Positions 27,204 to 35,785 of a DNA stretch of 43,012 nt are shown here, one piece after another. The notes under the pieces were generated by a model. The model was not told the DNA's origin. It ran no database searches and saw only the letters and a list, made by a program, of their open reading frames with translations. Positions within the stretch are counted from its first letter, which is position 1. Each line of letters begins with the position of its first letter. Source of the DNA: a virus (lineage: Duplodnaviria > Caudoviricetes). A program made the translations under genes and the position numbers. Where the stretch lies: IMG/VR virus record IMGVR_UViG_3300031260_000088, positions 1-43,012 of that record; one strand, given 5' to 3'.

Positions 27204-27503
27204 ATGCTTTACGAGAAAATCACAACGCCCGGCGGCCGGACCACGTATCGGCCGCTTTCGGCCCGGCGTGTCGAGGTGACACCGGAAATGGCGAACGCGC
27301 TGTTTCTGATTCTGATCGGCGCGATGATCGTCAACCTGGAAAACAATCTGCCGGAGCATGGTCGCACCCGGCGCGAAATCGCTACCATTGAGAAGTCGTT
27401 GCGGGTGATCGGGGCAAAGGCGGACCCCGCCTTGCTTCCCGTCGCCTGGGGCGCCCTGGACTCCGCCCTGGCTTTCGTCGATGAGAATCTGTCGAATCAT
27501 TAA
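27204..27503 (+). CDS. Hypothetical protein
   Basis: AGGGAG RBS, 99 aa. Confidence 0.65.
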   Translation: MLYEKITTPGGRTTYRPLSARRVEVTPEMANALFLILIGAMIVNLENNLPEHGRTRREIATIEKSLRVIGAKADPALLPVAWGALDSALAFVDENLSNH

Positions 27504-27515
27504 GGGAGAGGTGAC

Positions 27516-27755
27516 ATGAAAAACAAACTGATCGATCTGAACAATCATCTGTTCGCGCAGCTGGAACGCTTGAGCGACGAAGACAATGCCGGCGAGAAGC
27601 TCCAGGAGGAGATCGAACGGAGCAAGGCGGTCGGCTCGATAGCGCGGAACATTATCGACAACGCCCGGCTCGCCCTCGATGCCCAGAAGGCCCTGGGTGA
27701 TTCGGTGCGCACCCTGCCGGCGATGATCGGCATCGAGGACAAGGACCATGCGTAG
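27516..27755 (+). CDS. Conserved phage hypothetical protein
   Basis: MKNKL.DLNNHLFAQLERL...EI.RSKA pattern. Confidence 0.75.
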   Translation: MKNKLIDLNNHLFAQLERLSDEDNAGEKLQEEIERSKAVGSIARNIIDNARLALDAQKALGDSVRTLPAMIGIEDKDHA

Positions 27756-28488
27756 CTGGGCGCGAAAAAAGGTCAAGGCCAAGCTCGCCGCCCTGGCCGG
27801 AAAGCTCCAGGAGCGCCCGGAGAACGCCGTTACCCGCGACGGCCGGGGACTCATCCGGTGGACGCCGGAGCTGGTCGGATTCCTCCGTGAAAATTACCGG
27901 CGGTTGTCTCTCGCCGAGCTGACCGCCGCGTTCAATGCCCGCTTCGGCACGGCGATCCCGGAAACGACAATCCGCGGCACCTTGAGAAATCACCGGATCA
28001 GCTCGGGGCGAACGGGGCGATTCAACCCGGGCGGAACGCCTTGGAACCTCGGGAAGAGCGGCTACATGGGGGCGAATGAGACCAGCTTCGCGCCCGGGAA
28101 CATGCCGCACAACAAGCGCCGCCTATGGACGGAACGGACCACCGTGGACGGCTATGTCGAGATCAGCGTCCCGGAGCGCAACCCCCATACCGGCGCGGCG
28201 ACGCGCTTCCGTCTCAAGCATGTGTGGCTGTGGGAGGGGGAACACGGCAAGGTTCCGCCGGGGCATGCCGTGATTTTCAAGGATGGCGACCGGATGAACT
28301 GTGTCCTGGACAACCTGATGTTGGTCAGCCGTTCGGAATTGCTGTCGATGAACTTGCACGGCTACCGGGAAATGCCGGAGGAGGTCAAGCCGTCGGTGCT
28401 GGCCCTGGCGAAGATCGAGGCGAGGGCGGGTTTCAGGCTGCGGCCGGGCAGGAAGCGGGGGGAAGAGATATTGGAGGGAAGCCTGTAA
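27748..28488 (+). CDS. HNH endonuclease
   Basis: H..LWE..HG.VP.GH..IFKDGDR.N..LDNL; GRF..G..PWN.G. Confidence 0.85.
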   Translation: MRSWARKKVKAKLAALAGKLQERPENAVTRDGRGLIRWTPELVGFLRENYRRLSLAELTAAFNARFGTAIPETTIRGTLRNHRISSGRTGRFNPGGTPWNLGKSGYMGANETSFAPGNMPHNKRRLWTERTTVDGYVEISVPERNPHTGAATRFRLKHVWLWEGEHGKVPPGHAVIFKDGDRMNCVLDNLMLVSRSELLSMNLHGYREMPEEVKPSVLALAKIEARAGFRLRPGRKRGEEILEGSL

Positions 28489-28574
28489 CGCTTGAATTAA
28501 GCGGCGGCGGCACAGTGGTTTGCCGCGATAGCGGCGCGGACAGGTTCACCGTCCGCTTGAATGATTGGTTGTAA
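28483..28574 (-). mobile_element. Integron attC-type site 1
   Basis: + strand: TAAC-GCTTGA-ATTAAGC-GG-CGG...CCG[T]CC-GCTT[G]AAT-GATTG-GTT, the canonical bottom-strand fold with extrahelical G and T. Confidence 0.85.
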
Positions 28575-28612
28575 ATTAACCTGCGCTGGCCCAAAGGGCC
28601 ATAGGGGGCACA

Positions 28613-28867
28613 ATGGTGAAAGATTGCAGGACCTGCGACATTGGGAAACGCTGTGCGCTGGCCGGAACAAATGGTTCGTGCGGGAATTGGCGGCAGACCG
28701 CCTACTACTGCAAAAAATGTGGATTGAGGCACAGCAAGGGACCGGTGCCAATGCCATGCCGGAACTGTGGCGGGCAAATTTTTGAGCTGCGGAATACGGA
28801 TGGCAAAGACCAGACGGACGCAGAAAAGATGCTGCGCAAGGTCTACGGAGCTGAGAGCGCAGGTTGA
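28613..28867 (+). CDS. Cassette 1 gene: Cys-rich Zn-finger protein
   Basis: CRTC, CKKC and CRNC motifs; lies between attC1 and attC2. Confidence 0.65.
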   Translation: MVKDCRTCDIGKRCALAGTNGSCGNWRQTAYYCKKCGLRHSKGPVPMPCRNCGGQIFELRNTDGKDQTDAEKMLRKVYGAESAG

Positions 28868-28868
28868 T

Positions 28869-28972
28869 TTACAACGACCATGATAAGCGGCTGACCGCCG
28901 CAGGAAGGATCACCACCGAGATGACCGAGGACACGAACAGCCCCAACAGTCCGGTTGATTTACTGGTTAGCT
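28869..28972 (-). mobile_element. Integron attC-type site 2
   Basis: CAAC-GACCAT-GATAAGC-GG-CTG...CAG[T]CC-GGTT[G]ATT-TACTG-GTTAG. Confidence 0.75.
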
Positions 28973-29202
28973 TGCGCTGGTCGAAAGAGCCGCCGACTGA
29001 ACCTGGATGGTATTGGTACGAGGACGAATATTACGGGCCATGCCCCGTAGAGGTTGACTGGACCGGATTTATTAATAGACCAGAGGCAAGACAGCTTGAG
29101 GTGGTTCTTGCCTGTGGTGATGATTCGGATCAGCCGATTGGAGAGATTGCCAACCTGGGCGGAAAATGGGCAGGCCCTATTCAACAACCCGAAGCACCCT
29201 AA
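28921..29202 (+). CDS. Cassette 2 gene: hypothetical protein (W..E.PTEPGWYW)
   Basis: ATG lies inside the attC2 loop; TAA stop is part of CCCTAAC. Confidence 0.65.
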   Translation: MTEDTNSPNSPVDLLVSLRWSKEPPTEPGWYWYEDEYYGPCPVEVDWTGFINRPEARQLEVVLACGDDSDQPIGEIANLGGKWAGPIQQPEAP

Positions 29203-29254
29203 CGATTGAGTTAAGGTGCTGCATCAGACGCCCCGCTTGAGCGCCTGGTTGGGC
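29197..29254 (-). mobile_element. Integron attC-type site 3 (short)
   Basis: CTAAC-GATTGA-GTTAAG...CC-GCTT[G]AGC-GCCTG-GTTGGGC. Confidence 0.7.
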
Positions 29255-29270
29255 GCGGAAAGGATGTAGG

Positions 29271-29472
29271 ATGTACACGATAAACCAGGATTTTTTTGCA
29301 CAAGGCCATTGGGGAAATTATTGACAGGATAGAGGCTTGCGGTGCATCGCCGGCATTGACTCATGCTGTGACTTTGGCCGTAGACCTACAGCGCGCTATC
29401 GGAAACCAATATAACCCTGCTGACCCATACGCCCTTGTCAGGGTTGCGGCAGAGGTAGATCCGGGCGCCTAG
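29271..29472 (+). pseudogene. Cassette 3 gene frameshifted at a T7 run
   Basis: Removing one T from 29291-29297 gives a 66-aa ORF MYTINQDFLHKAIGEII...DPGA ending at the cassette boundary. Confidence 0.55.
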
Positions 29473-29494
29473 CAACCATTACCCCACCACCTTC

Positions 29495-29562
29495 GGCGTC
29501 AATTACATGGCCTCCATCGCTTTGTAATTGACGCCAGCCCTACACCAGCCCTACACCAGCCC
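29495..29562. promoter_or_regulatory. 13-bp inverted repeat plus 11-bp tandem repeat upstream of the head operon
   Basis: GGCGTCAATTACA-N15-TGTAATTGACGCC; CCAGCCCTACA about 2.6 copies. Confidence 0.5.
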
Positions 29563-29641
29563 CCCTTTATTGTTTCCAAAAATCCCGTCATCCTGTATCC
29601 AGCGCCGCCAGGGAAGCCTCACGCATGGAGACCAGGATGTA

Positions 29642-29884
29642 ATGCCCGACGATTCCGGAATCACTCTCGCCGATGCCAAGTTGCAGCTGTCCCGGTGGCT
29701 CGCCGCCGACGCGGCGGTGTCGACCAGCCAGGCTTATGAATACGATGTCGACGGGGAGCGGCGCCGGTTGACCCGCGCCGACGCCGTCGAGATCCGCAAG
29801 AACGTCGAATACTGGAACGTCATGGTCCGCCGCCTCTCCGGGGCCGGCGGCATTCGTTTGTTTGGAGTCATTCCTCCCGCATGA
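29642..29884 (+). CDS. Head-tail joining protein (gpW-like)
   Basis: Q.Y......RRLTRAD..EI; directly before the portal gene. Confidence 0.75.
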   Translation: MPDDSGITLADAKLQLSRWLAADAAVSTSQAYEYDVDGERRRLTRADAVEIRKNVEYWNVMVRRLSGAGGIRLFGVIPPA

Positions 29885-31584
29885 ACCGTCCCGACGAAAA
29901 AGCCAACCGGCCGGGCTTGTTTTCCGGACTGTCCCGGGGGATCGATCGCGTGATCGAAACCCTGGCTCCGGTGTATGGCGCCCGGCGCATGAGCGCCCGG
30001 ATGACCATGGCGATGGCGGCGGACATGTTCGGTGGTGGCGGCGGCTTCGATGGGGCGGATCGGTCGAGTCTGGATATGGGCTCGTGGACTCCCTTCCCCA
30101 CCGACGCCGACAGCGCGGTCATCTTCGGGTTGGAAGACATGCGCTCCCGCGCTCGGGACGCGGATCGCAATCAGCCGATCGCGCGCGGCCTGGTCAACAC
30201 GACCGTGATCAACACCGTCGGCGTCGGGCTGACCATGCAGAGCCGGATCGACCGCGACGTTCTGGGGTTGAGCGATGCCGAGGCCGACAACTGGCAGCGG
30301 CATGCCGAGCGGCGGTGGCATCTATGGGCCGGTTCGAAGGATTGCGACCTGGAGCGCAAGCTTTCGTTCAATGGCCACCTGCAACTGGCTTTGCGAAGCC
30401 GCTGTGTCAATGGCGAGGCGCTGATCCTGCTGCCTATTGTCCCCCTGCCGCACCTGTCCAACCCGCTGCGGCTCCAGGCGGTCGAGTCCGACCGCCTCAG
30501 CAACCCGGGTCGATGTCCGGACGGCAGCGGCCTGGTCGGCGGGATCAAGAAGGATCAATACGGCGCTCCGCTGTCGTACTGCATCATGCGCGGTCACCCG
30601 GGGAATGTCCTCTATGCCGACCCTCAGCGTTGGGAGTGGGATGAGTACCCCGCCTACAACCCGCAAACCGGGCTCCCCAATGTGCTGCATTACTTCCGCA
30701 GCGAGCGCCCGGGGCAGTCCCGGGGGTTCCCTATGGTGGCGCCGATCATGGAGCCGCTCAAGGACCTCTCGCGGATGAGCAAAGCCGAGCTCAAGCGGGC
30801 CGTGGTTTCCGCCCTGTTCACCGTGTTTCTCAAGGGGACCGGCGGCAAGGGCATGGGGAACATGCCCCCGGGGTTCGGCGGTCCGGCCATGTATCCCGGC
30901 GGGATGAGCGTGGCGACCGGAGCGGGCGAGCAGAGCGCCGCCACGACCGGCAACATCAAGCTGGGATACGGCGCCGTGGTCGACCTGGGGGATTCCGGCC
31001 AGGAGATTCAGCTGGCCGATCCGAAGCTGCCCAACGTGAATTTTGACCCGTTCTTCCTGGCCAATGTCCGGCAGATAGGCATGGCCACCGGCATACCCTA
31101 CGAGGTGGTCATCAAGCACTACACCGCCTCGTACAGCGCCGCCAAGGCAGCCATGGAGGATGCCTACCGGTATTTCCTCTTCGAGCGAGCCAGCGTGGTC
31201 GATGACGTCTGCAAGATCGTCTATGCCGTGTGGATGGCGCAGGAGGTTGCCCAGGGGTCGATCTACGCCCCGGGGTTCTTCGCCGATCCGATGATTCGCG
31301 CCGCCTGGCTCGGCAGCGAGTGGATCGGCCCGAAAAAGCCGATACTCGACGAGGAAAAGGCGATCGATGCCGCCGGCAAGCGGGTCGCTCTCGGGGTATC
31401 GACCGGGGCGCAGGAGACGGCGGAGCTGAACGGCGGCGACTGGGAGACCAACATCAAGCAGCGCGGGCGGGAGATACGGATGATGGAAGCCGAAGGGCTT
31501 GCGGAGACGGCTCCGGCCCGGAGTAGCGCGCGAGGCGGGGAGGAACAAGACCCGGACCTGCCCGAAACGGAGGATGTCGCATGA
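29881..31584 (+). CDS. Portal protein, lambda family
   Basis: RSRARD..RN, RPGQSRG.P and YS..KAA motifs. Confidence 0.93.
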   Translation: MNRPDEKANRPGLFSGLSRGIDRVIETLAPVYGARRMSARMTMAMAADMFGGGGGFDGADRSSLDMGSWTPFPTDADSAVIFGLEDMRSRARDADRNQPIARGLVNTTVINTVGVGLTMQSRIDRDVLGLSDAEADNWQRHAERRWHLWAGSKDCDLERKLSFNGHLQLALRSRCVNGEALILLPIVPLPHLSNPLRLQAVESDRLSNPGRCPDGSGLVGGIKKDQYGAPLSYCIMRGHPGNVLYADPQRWEWDEYPAYNPQTGLPNVLHYFRSERPGQSRGFPMVAPIMEPLKDLSRMSKAELKRAVVSALFTVFLKGTGGKGMGNMPPGFGGPAMYPGGMSVATGAGEQSAATTGNIKLGYGAVVDLGDSGQEIQLADPKLPNVNFDPFFLANVRQIGMATGIPYEVVIKHYTASYSAAKAAMEDAYRYFLFERASVVDDVCKIVYAVWMAQEVAQGSIYAPGFFADPMIRAAWLGSEWIGPKKPILDEEKAIDAAGKRVALGVSTGAQETAELNGGDWETNIKQRGREIRMMEAEGLAETAPARSSARGGEEQDPDLPETEDVA

Positions 31585-32861
31585 GACTCGATCACCTGGT
31601 CCGGCTGATCAGCCAGCCCTGGGCCATTCACCCGGAGATTCTGGAGAACTGGTGCCAGATCCTGGATGCCAAACTGTCCGGGGTCGGCATACCCAACGAG
31701 CTCGCGGAATCCGGCAGGGCGTCTCGGGGCGGTGAGGATGAACCCTTCATCCGCGATGGCAACGTCGCGATCGTCCCCGTGGTCGGCACCCTGGTCAAGG
31801 CCAACACCTTCTTTTCCTGCGATGCCACCTATGCCGAAGTTCGGCGGGCCGTCCTGGCGGCCGAAGGCGCCAGGGGCATCGATGCCATCATTCTCGATGG
31901 GGACACGCCTGGCGGAACCGTCGCCGGAGCCCAGGAGACCGGGGACTTCCTGGCCAAGGTCAATCAGCGCAAGCCGGTCTTCGGCTGGGTTGACGACCTG
32001 GCCGCCTCGGCCGGCTACTGGCTGCTTTCGCAGACCCGGATGATCGGGGCGCATCCGGCGGCGGACATCGGCTCGATCGGCGTGCTCACGGTTCATTACG
32101 ACCGCTCCCTGCGTGATGAGAAAGCTGGTGTGCGCCGCAAGGTCCTGGCCGTAGGGGACTACAAGGCCGCCGGGAACGATACGGCGCCGCTCTCCCCCGA
32201 GGCGGAAGCCTACATCATGGATCGCCTCAACCAGACCTACGGCCTGTTTATTTCCGCCGTGACCCGTGGCCGCCAGCAGCTCACGCCCGCCGCCGTGAGG
32301 GAGATGCAGAGCCGCGTTTACAAAGCCGCCCAGGCCAGGGAGCTGGGCTTGATCGATCAGGTCATGGGGCGGGACGAATATATCGAGTTTGTGAAACAGC
32401 AAGTAAAAGGTTCCGTTTCGACCATTTTTGCCAAAGGAGAAGAGCTTATGGATCTCGCAACCCTACGAAAAGAGCACCCCGATCTCGTCGCCCGGATCGA
32501 GAGCGAGGCCCGCCAGGGCCTGATCGCCCAAGCGGACGCCGACAGCGCCAAAACGGCGGCCGTCGCCGCCGAGCGTGAACGTATCGTCGCCATTCTCGGC
32601 ATTCCCGGTCCGGCCGCCAAGGCGCACCACGGCTTGCTGGTCGAGGGGATCAAGGACGGTAAGACCGCCGGCGATGTCGCCCTGGCCATCCAGCACAAGG
32701 AAGCCGAGCTGCTGACCAAGGTGGCCGAAGGAATGGCCGGCGGGGCTCCAGTCCCAGCGCCTCCGGCGGACCCGGGAACCGGGTCGGAAGCCGACGCCAG
32801 GGCCGCCGCCGCGTCTGACGCCATGGTCGCCGCCGCCAAAGACTGGGCCAAGCGCAACTAA
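31581..32861 (+). CDS. S49 head maturation protease with C-terminal scaffold
   Basis: DTPGG, AASAGYW, GSIGV; internal RBS and ATG at 32448. Confidence 0.92.
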   Translation: MRLDHLVRLISQPWAIHPEILENWCQILDAKLSGVGIPNELAESGRASRGGEDEPFIRDGNVAIVPVVGTLVKANTFFSCDATYAEVRRAVLAAEGARGIDAIILDGDTPGGTVAGAQETGDFLAKVNQRKPVFGWVDDLAASAGYWLLSQTRMIGAHPAADIGSIGVLTVHYDRSLRDEKAGVRRKVLAVGDYKAAGNDTAPLSPEAEAYIMDRLNQTYGLFISAVTRGRQQLTPAAVREMQSRVYKAAQARELGLIDQVMGRDEYIEFVKQQVKGSVSTIFAKGEELMDLATLRKEHPDLVARIESEARQGLIAQADADSAKTAAVAAERERIVAILGIPGPAAKAHHGLLVEGIKDGKTAGDVALAIQHKEAELLTKVAEGMAGGAPVPAPPADPGTGSEADARAAAASDAMVAAAKDWAKRN

Positions 32862-32889
32862 CCAGACACTTTATCCGAGGAGATGAACG

Positions 32890-33255
32890 ATGCCCGATGA
32901 AACCTATACCCCCGACAATCTGATCGCCGGAAACGACTTTCCGGCCGTCGTCAAGCAAGTCACCATCAAGTCCGGTCAGAGCCTGGCGCGCGGCGCCGTG
33001 CTCGGAGAAATCACCGCCAGCCCCGGCGTTTACAACCTGGTCGACAAGACCGCCGAAGACGGCAGCCAAACCGCCAAGCTGGTTCTGGCCGAGGCGGTGG
33101 ATGCCACCCTGGCCGATACGGTGGGCGTGGCCTATGAGACCGGCGTATTTAATCCCGACGCCCTCGGCCTGGCTGACGGCACGGTGGTCGCCGATGTCTC
33201 CGGGGCTTTGCGTTCGCGCTCGATCTTCCTGCGCGACGTGCGATCCTTCACCTGA
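32890..33255 (+). CDS. Head decoration protein (gpD-like)
   Basis: L.RGAVLG, DGSQ, G.FN..AL motifs. Confidence 0.88.
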   Translation: MPDETYTPDNLIAGNDFPAVVKQVTIKSGQSLARGAVLGEITASPGVYNLVDKTAEDGSQTAKLVLAEAVDATLADTVGVAYETGVFNPDALGLADGTVVADVSGALRSRSIFLRDVRSFT

Positions 33256-33284
33256 TTCCAAAACCCGATAGAGGAGAAATCATC

Positions 33285-34460
33285 ATGAGATGGAAAAGTT
33301 TTGGACCGATGGGGCTTTTGCTTGTGGTCTGCGTGGCCCTGGCCTGGTGTTTTGTCCCCGACCTTCAGGCCGCGCCCCTGGCGGATGACGGGCTGGGCGG
33401 ACTCGGCCTGGTAGGCGTCGCCGGCACCCTCGAAGCCTTCCTCCGGCGAACCATGCACACCGCCCACGAGCGGATCCCCGTTCCTTCCCGTTTTCTCATT
33501 GAACGCTTCTTTGGCCGGGCGTTCACCTTCGGCACCCGGCATGTCGATATCGACATGGTTCTGCCCAAGCGCGGCATGGCCCCGTTCGTTCACCCGCTGC
33601 ATCCCGGCAAGGCGACGGCCAAGCAGGGTTTCACCATGAAGACTTATGTTCCGCCGACCCAGAAGCCGACCAAGTTGATCACGCCGGAAGACCTCAACGC
33701 CCGCGAGCCCGGCACCACGATCTATGAGGCCGGAGCCGACCAGCCGGCGCTCATCGCCCGGATGATCGGCGAGCGGATCGCCGAAAACAACGACGAACTG
33801 GCCTTCCGCCGCGAGTGGATGGCGGCCAAGGCCCTATTCACCGGACAGATCCCCATCGTCGGCCCCGGGTACGATCACGTCATTTCCTTCGACCTGCCGG
33901 GCACCCACAATATCACGCTGGCCGCCGGGGCCATCTGGAGTGAAACCGAAACCGCCACTCCCTGGGACGATCTGGTCGACGCCTGCCGGGCCAACAAGGA
34001 TGACGGCCAGGTGGTCAGCGACACCATCGTCTTCGGCAGCGGCGCCTGGAAGCTCTTTCGCGAGCATCTCGTCGCCACCAAGCGGCTAGATCTGCTCGAC
34101 CTGAAGCTGGGAATGGTCTCCCCGGTCGAGATCGATAAGCACACTACTTATCTGGGCAGCCTCCGCGACGCCGATATGACCGTCGATATGTTCGCCTACA
34201 GCGCTCAGTATCTCGACGACGACGGCACCATGAAGCCCTATGTGCCGGAGGATGAGGTTTTTGTCGGGTCGACCCGGGCCACGGGGAACCAGGTGCTCTA
34301 TGGCGCCATTCAGTCCCTGTTCGCCGGAAGCCGCAAGGGCGAAGTCTACCATGACACCAACATCAAGAAGAATCCGGAGTCGATCGAGGTGCTCTCCCAG
34401 TCGGCGCCGCTGGTCGCGCTGCTGGAGCCCGCGGCGGGTACCCGAATCAAAGTCAAGTAA
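33285..34460 (+). CDS. Major capsid protein (lambda gpE family)
   Basis: MAPFV.P, RREWMAAKAL.TG, YGAI and QSAPL motifs. Confidence 0.9.
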   Translation: MRWKSFGPMGLLLVVCVALAWCFVPDLQAAPLADDGLGGLGLVGVAGTLEAFLRRTMHTAHERIPVPSRFLIERFFGRAFTFGTRHVDIDMVLPKRGMAPFVHPLHPGKATAKQGFTMKTYVPPTQKPTKLITPEDLNAREPGTTIYEAGADQPALIARMIGERIAENNDELAFRREWMAAKALFTGQIPIVGPGYDHVISFDLPGTHNITLAAGAIWSETETATPWDDLVDACRANKDDGQVVSDTIVFGSGAWKLFREHLVATKRLDLLDLKLGMVSPVEIDKHTTYLGSLRDADMTVDMFAYSAQYLDDDGTMKPYVPEDEVFVGSTRATGNQVLYGAIQSLFAGSRKGEVYHDTNIKKNPESIEVLSQSAPLVALLEPAAGTRIKVK

Positions 34461-34512
34461 CCGATGGAATCATGAGGCGGCGGGATAACCTCCCGCCGCC
34501 ATAGGAGAATTT

Positions 34513-34899
34513 ATGGCAAACAAGAAGACATTGACCTGTGAGGTCCTGGCGACGGTCAAGGGCTTGGATCCCCAGAGGCCCAGGGAGTACACCCATGCCG
34601 GGGGACAGGACAACCCCACCTTGGTGGAGCTGCCAGACAACCAGGCCACCCGTGGATTGATCGACTCGGGGGCCGTGCGGATCTACCCGGGCCCCAAAGT
34701 CTCCGAAACTCCCGGTGTCGCCCTGAAACCGGCCGACCTCAAGAGTCTGCGCAAGGCCGAGGAGTTCCTTGGGTCGATCATCGCCCGCTATGAAAAAGAG
34801 ATTGAAGGCGTGACCGACGAAGCCTATGTCGCCGAGATCAAGGGAAAGATGTCCGAGGCCGAAGCCGACCTGTCGACCGTTCGCGAACTGCTCAAGTAA
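34513..34899 (+). CDS. Hypothetical head-associated protein
   Basis: AGGAG RBS; follows the capsid gene. Confidence 0.7.
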   Translation: MANKKTLTCEVLATVKGLDPQRPREYTHAGGQDNPTLVELPDNQATRGLIDSGAVRIYPGPKVSETPGVALKPADLKSLRKAEEFLGSIIARYEKEIEGVTDEAYVAEIKGKMSEAEADLSTVRELLK

Positions 34900-34911
34900 C
34901 CGGCGTGTATT

Positions 34912-34949
34912 CCCCGGGGATGCCTCTCTCCCCTCCCCGGGTCTTTTTG
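34912..34949 (+). terminator. Probable intrinsic terminator
   Basis: CCCGGGGA...TCCCCGGG stem followed by TCTTTTT. Confidence 0.5.
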
Positions 34950-34964
34950 AGGTGAGGGGCCGGC

Positions 34965-35207
34965 ATGACGATGGACGTATTTTGGGTGGCGCTGCTCAGC
35001 GCGGGTGCCGGTTGGGGGGTTCCTCGTCTGTTGACCCGGGTGATCGGAACCCGGTATCGCACCGAGCGCGATTGCCACGCCTGCGACACCCGGAGGGCGG
35101 TGCGAGACATCCTGAAGATGGTCCAGGAGCTGGCGATCAAGGCCGGGGTTCCGGTGCACGAGGCGCTGAAGGTCGGCGCCGATCTGGGGTCCAACGACAA
35201 GAGGTGA
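34965..35207 (+). CDS. Putative holin/antiholin
   Basis: N-terminal transmembrane segment; first gene of the lysis cassette. Confidence 0.5.
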   Translation: MTMDVFWVALLSAGAGWGVPRLLTRVIGTRYRTERDCHACDTRRAVRDILKMVQELAIKAGVPVHEALKVGADLGSNDKR

Positions 35208-35209
35208 TT

Positions 35210-35785
35210 ATGGATTCGTTGACCATTTTTCGTGAAATCATTCGTAGGAACGAGCTCGGGGGCGACCTGTCCCACGCTTATCGGTTCTCCGACCCGGACG
35301 GCGTGCGCAGCGGTAAAAGCGGGTGGAGTTTCGGCCTGTGTCAGTTCGATGTCGCCAACAACCCATCCGCCGTGCTGTGCCTTCGCGAATGCCAGTTCAC
35401 TACCGATGAGATTCTGGGATTGAAGCGACAGGATGTCGACATCGTTCCTCTTAATCGGAAGCTCGCCTGTAACACCCGCACGGTCGACCGATGGGATGAC
35501 CGGCAACTGTTCGAGTGCCTAACCCATGCCTCGGAAGTCTGCCGGGCCTCCGGGATCCGCTTCGCCTCCGATGAGGTGCTGTTCCACCTGGCCGATTACC
35601 ATAACCAGTTCTACCTCTCCCGGGGCGGGAAGATGCACCAGTTTCTGTTGGGCGTTGGGCGCCCCGTCACGGCGCAAGACATCCTGATCTTCAAGCTCGG
35701 CCTGGCTTGGGGGAAGAAGCGCCCCGACGATGTTCACCGGCGCTTTTCCAATATTCGCAACGTTTGGGTGGAGAACTTCGCATGA
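35210..35785 (+). CDS. Putative endolysin (atypical)
   Basis: Position between membrane proteins and spanins; NE.GG...SGWSFGLCQFD lysozyme-like motif. Confidence 0.55.
   Translation: MDSLTIFREIIRRNELGGDLSHAYRFSDPDGVRSGKSGWSFGLCQFDVANNPSAVLCLRECQFTTDEILGLKRQDVDIVPLNRKLACNTRTVDRWDDRQLFECLTHASEVCRASGIRFASDEVLFHLADYHNQFYLSRGGKMHQFLLGVGRPVTAQDILIFKLGLAWGKKRPDDVHRRFSNIRNVWVENFA

Noticed and set aside
29534-29562. CRISPR-like repeat
   Set aside because: 11-bp tandem units with no spacers
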